Below, in pieces: positions 60,601 to 64,000 of a stretch of 64,000 nt of DNA. Location: the NCBI GenBank assembly GCA_004431415.1, contig QPMI01000022.1, positions 372,001-436,000 on the forward strand, written 5' to 3'. The DNA comes from Cyanophora paradoxa CCMP329. Taxonomy: Eukaryota > Plantae > Glaucophyta. Both the position numbers and the translations under genes were made by a program. The stretch's first letter is position 1. Every line of letters begins with the position of its first letter. The notes beneath the pieces are model-generated. The model worked only from the letters and a program-made list of their open reading frames with translations. It had not been told where the DNA came from and made no database searches.

Positions 60601-61545
60601 CGCCCACGGCCGACCAGGAGGCGCTGCTCCGGCAGCTCCTCGCGGCCGGACTCGTCGACCAGGTCGCCCGGCGCGTGCCCAGCACCGACCCGCGGGCCGC
60701 GTCGCTGCCGGGCCGGCGCGTGGCCTACGAGCCCTGCGCGCTCATGCCCGGCGAGGCGGCCGGCGGCGAGTCGGAGCCGGCCTTCATCCACCCCTCCTCG
60801 TTCGTCTGCGGGGCGCCCCCCGACTTCCTGGTCTACCGCGAGATCATCCGCACCTCCCGGCCCTACATGGTGCTTGCATTTTAATGATCGGATCTCGGAG
60901 CTAGCTAGCTTCTTCTAGCTTCTAGCTCTAGCGCATAAATATAAGATCTTGAAGCTAGCTGGCTGTCTTCGCGCTCCTTCGGGCTTGTCTAACTTTGGCT
61001 TTCCTCGGCAGCGCGGCGTGACGGCGATCTCGCCCGACTGGCTCCCCCGCCTCGCCGGCCCGACGCTCGTGCAGCTCGGGCCGCCGCTGGACGCCCCGCC
61101 GCCCCGATATGACGCCGAGTCGGACGGCGCCGTCTGCTGGCGCCAGCCGACCTACGGCCCCCGCGGCTGGGAGCTGCCGCCCGTGCGGGGCCCGCACCCC
61201 GACCCCCAGCGCCGCTGCGCCCTCTTCGGGCGGGCCCTGCTGGAGGGAAAGGCGTACCCCGCCTTCGCCTCCTTCACGCCCCAGCTGGACACGAAGCCCT
61301 CGGTCCTCGCCGCCTCCGACACGCGCCTCCTGGCGCACGGAAAGGCCTCGGCCCTCGTCGCCGCGCTGGCCTCGCGGGGCGTCGAGAGCCGCAAGACGGC
61401 CGAGGCGGCGTGGGCGGCCGACCCGCGGTTCCTGCTGGAGGAGGTCGCCTCGTGGCTGCCGGCGGCGGAGCGCCGCGCCCTCGCCGCCGCCTGGCCCCCG
61501 CTCGGCGGCGGCAAGGCCAAGCACAAGAAGAAGCCGCAGCGGTAG
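54621..61545 (+). CDS. DHX37: DEAH-box RNA helicase DHX37/Dhr1 (small-subunit ribosome biogenesis)
   Basis: [87 protein letters not shown] and GHCYRLYSS. The DHX37-type N-terminus ([14 protein letters not shown]...[17 protein letters not shown]) and C-terminus (FGRALLEG...[10 protein letters not shown]) are present. Confidence 0.93.
56894..56980 (+). ncRNA. Intronic box C/D snoRNA candidate (copy 1)
   Basis: Terminal stem GTGCC/GGCAC, box C GTGATGA (56900) and box D CTGA (56972), inside DHX37 intron ~56833-57071; a near-identical second copy exists. Confidence 0.82.
58857..59019 (+). ncRNA. Intronic box H/ACA-like snoRNA candidate (copy 1)
   Basis: 5' hairpin (CCGC/GCGG, GCC/GGC, pocket, GTCTTGCC/GGCAGGAT), box H AGACCA (58923), 3' hairpin (CGCGCTC/GAGCGCG, TGCCT/AGGCA) and terminal ATA-NNN, inside DHX37 intron ~58760-59149. 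Confidence 0.68.
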
Positions 61546-61675
61546 AGGTGAGACCGGTTAGTTTAGTTTAGATTCATTTCGGCGATTCGCATCCCTTCTC
61601 GTTTCCCGTTTTCTACCTAGTATAGTCCCGGCTTCTAGGCCTCTAGTCCCGTTTTCGCTTTCGTTGTTTCTTCGG

Positions 61676-62230
61676 AACCGCGCCTTTAGTGTCTTGCCAG
61701 CGATCCTCGTGAAATGAGCCGGCAGGATGGTCCGGCAGCGGAGACCAACGGGGGCCTAGCCCTTTGGACGCGCTCTTGCCTTGCCAGCCCCGTGCCTCTC
61801 GTGGCAATTGGGGGAGGCAAACGAGCGCGGCGATATTTACCTGCGATCCCTCTTTTCGTTTCAGTTTACAGAACCGCGCCTTTAGTGTCTTGCCAGCGAT
61901 CCTCGTGAAATGAGCCGGCAGGATGGTCCGGCAGCGGAGACCAACGGGGGCCTAGCCCTTTGGACGCGCTCTTGCCTTGCCAGCCCCGTGCCTCTCGTGG
62001 CAATTGGGGGAGGCAAACGAGCGCGGCGATATTTACCTGCGATCCCTCTTTTCGTTTCAGTTTACAGAACCGCGCCTTTAGTGTCTTGCCAGCGATCCTC
62101 GTGAAATGAGCCGGCAGGATGGTCCGGCAGCGGAGACCAACGGGGGCCTAGCCCTTTGGACGCGCTCTTGCCTTGCCAGCCCCGTGCCTCTCGTGGCAAT
62201 TGGGGGAGGCAAACGAGCGCGGCGATATTC
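61676..62230 (+). ncRNA. Three tandem copies (196-bp period) of the H/ACA-like snoRNA candidate
   Basis: Copies at 61676-61838, 61872-62034 and 62068-62230 match 58857-59019; conservation stops just after the ATA box. Confidence 0.65.
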
Positions 62231-62436
62231 TCCTATTTCAATAGATTAAAGCGTAGCTATCTCGTGATTCTTTAAGACCTTCTTTTGAGCTCGCGATTGA
62301 CTCGCCCTGTCCGCAGGAGTGCGTAGACACTCCCTCCAGGACCGGCAAGCGCACACAAGCGACGCGGAGGATCCGAATCCCAAGGTTCGCTCATCTTTCT
62401 CGCCGCTCAAATGATGCTCTAAAGAAAGAAAGAAAA

Positions 62437-62525
62437 AGTGCCGGTGATGATAAAAAGGTTTTTGGTTGACCCTCCTAGTGGCGGCTCGCCGTCCTGCGGA
62501 CAACAACCCGCGCTGCTGAGGCACT
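62437..62525 (+). ncRNA. Box C/D snoRNA candidate (copy 2)
   Basis: AGTGCC-G-GTGATGA...CTGA-GGCACT; one internal substitution versus copy 1; lies in a putative intron 62385-62594. Confidence 0.8.
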
Positions 62526-62821
62526 CCCGATCGCTTGCATAGATCCCATCGCTCACTCTTGCTTTCCAAACAATTCACTCGCTTTGTTGTGCAGGATCGG
62601 CAGACTCGACGATTGTGCGGGGGCAAATTGCTGCTGGCCTACAGCGATGCGCGTGCCCTGTGTTATCAAACGGAGATATCGATGTGCGCATGTACAAAAC
62701 ACGATTTCGATCTTCTAGTTGTGCCCCGCGCCGCGGCGCCACCAAGACAATGCAGGGGGGGCCGGGGCCGGGCATGTAGGCTCCTAGCTATAGCTCCCCT
62801 TGGCGGGGGGAAATGAGGGAG

Positions 62822-62855
<34 letters not shown>

Positions 62856-63276
62856 TCCCCAGGTGCTCCAGCTCCTGCCGCACTGAGGGTGGGCGAGGGG
62901 GGGGGATTATGGACGGGGGAAGGATGTGAGAGGAGGGGAAGCTTAAGGAGCTAGATCGAGGAAAGAAAGGATGGCCCCTGGGCGATCCGGCGCCCGGCCA
63001 CCATGACAAAGCAACTTGGCAAGGGCCAGGCTAGTCAGGCGAAGCCTCTTTCTCAGACCCGGTCACCGCCGATCTAAATTCCGATCGGATTCGAACCCGA
63101 ATTTTTTCGTCCCCCCTGTAAATAATTTTCCTGTCCAGCCTCCTCATGAAAAATTAATAATTTTTCCTCGACACGGACGTGACGCTTCCCCCATCACACA
63201 CAAATGACTCAGCTACCCTAACCCCCACAGACCTCTCTAGATCCATTTCTAGCGTCCTGGCTCCCCTAAGACGACC

Positions 63277-63420
63277 GCTCTCCCGTGGGCGTCGCCCGAA
63301 AATCGAATTTCTGGGCTCTCCCGCGGGCGTCGCCCGCATGTAGCTGGCCATGGGCGGGGCTGCACGCTCTCCCGTGGGCGTCGCCCGCATGTAGCTGGCC
63401 ATGGGCGGGGCTGCACGCTG
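63277..63420. repeat. ~51-bp tandem repeat (about 2.5 copies)
   Basis: GCTCTCCCGyGGGCGTCGCCCGCATGTAGCTGGCCATGGGCGGGGCTGCAC repeated. Confidence 0.85.
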
Positions 63421-63870
63421 CAGCTGGCCATGGCCATGGGCCAGCGCTAGCCTGGCCGCCTACTGTGACAGCCGCGAGGGCGTCCGCGAGGCTTCGCCGT
63501 ACTTAGTGCTCCGCAGGAGCACGGATCTTGTTATGTTTCTCCTGCCTTCATTTTTAGTTTGGCGGGGGAATTAAGGTGGGGAAGCTTATAATTAAGGAGG
63601 GAAGAGGAGGGGGAACTTCGGAAGGAGGGGAGAGAGAAGGTCCTGAGCTCGAGGGAGAAAGATTTATAATTAGAGGAGGGATATTTAATTGAAAGTGGAT
63701 ATGTATCGATCGAGAACCGCGAAAGTTCTAGATAACTATAGCTATATATATATAGCTAGAGGGAGAAATTTAATTGACGCTGGATATCGATCGATCGCGA
63801 GATCTAGAAACGAATTCGAAATGGAGATGAGATATCGATATATATATCGGGGTGCGATATCGATCGATAT

Positions 63871-64000
63871 ATGGGGACCGCAAAAGCGCCCGGCGACGGC
63901 GCCGGCGCCGGCGGCATCTTCAGCTGCAGCCCGATCGACGCTCTGCCCGACGAGCTCGTGGCCCGCTTCATTTCACTCGCCTCGGAATGCAGCGGCGCGG
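63871..64000 (+). CDS. Start of an F-box-like protein (partial)
   Basis: MGTAKAPGDGAGAGGIFSCSPIDALPDELVARFISL contains an LPDEL F-box signature. Confidence 0.6.
   Translation, partial: MGTAKAPGDGAGAGGIFSCSPIDALPDELVARFISLASECSGA

Noticed and set aside
61714-62104. Repeated 64-aa ORFs ([11 protein letters not shown]...)
   Set aside because: These are by-products of the 196-bp repeat; the same sequence sits in a DHX37 intron and folds like an H/ACA RNA.

Overview
This is GC-rich, intron-dense eukaryotic DNA that looks algal or protist; the short GT/GC-AG introns and palindromic microsatellites are reminiscent of a glaucophyte such as Cyanophora, which I cannot confirm. Host genes include an amidinotransferase fused to a catalytically dead arginine-deiminase-like domain, a CUE-like protein, an exostosin/GT47 glycosyltransferase, a possible PROSER3-like protein, the DEAH helicase DHX37/Dhr1 and the start of an F-box gene. 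Two things stand out. (1) A ~19.1-kb element (13277-32401) is bounded by imperfect TAGCC...GGCTA terminal inverted repeats. It encodes an IS3EU-like DDE integrase/transposase plus chromatin and ubiquitin-like cargo: RING+PHD, an Ulp1-type protease, a SET methyltransferase and a CW-like zinc finger. It also carries a near-perfect 1.3-kb nested palindrome almost at its midpoint. (2) The DHX37 gene hosts an intronic C/D and an intronic H/ACA snoRNA candidate, and both are duplicated into apparent 3'-UTR introns just after the stop codon. All protein calls come from manual motif recognition, and exon boundaries are approximate. Many cargo ORFs have frameshifts, which could be real decay or long-read indel errors.
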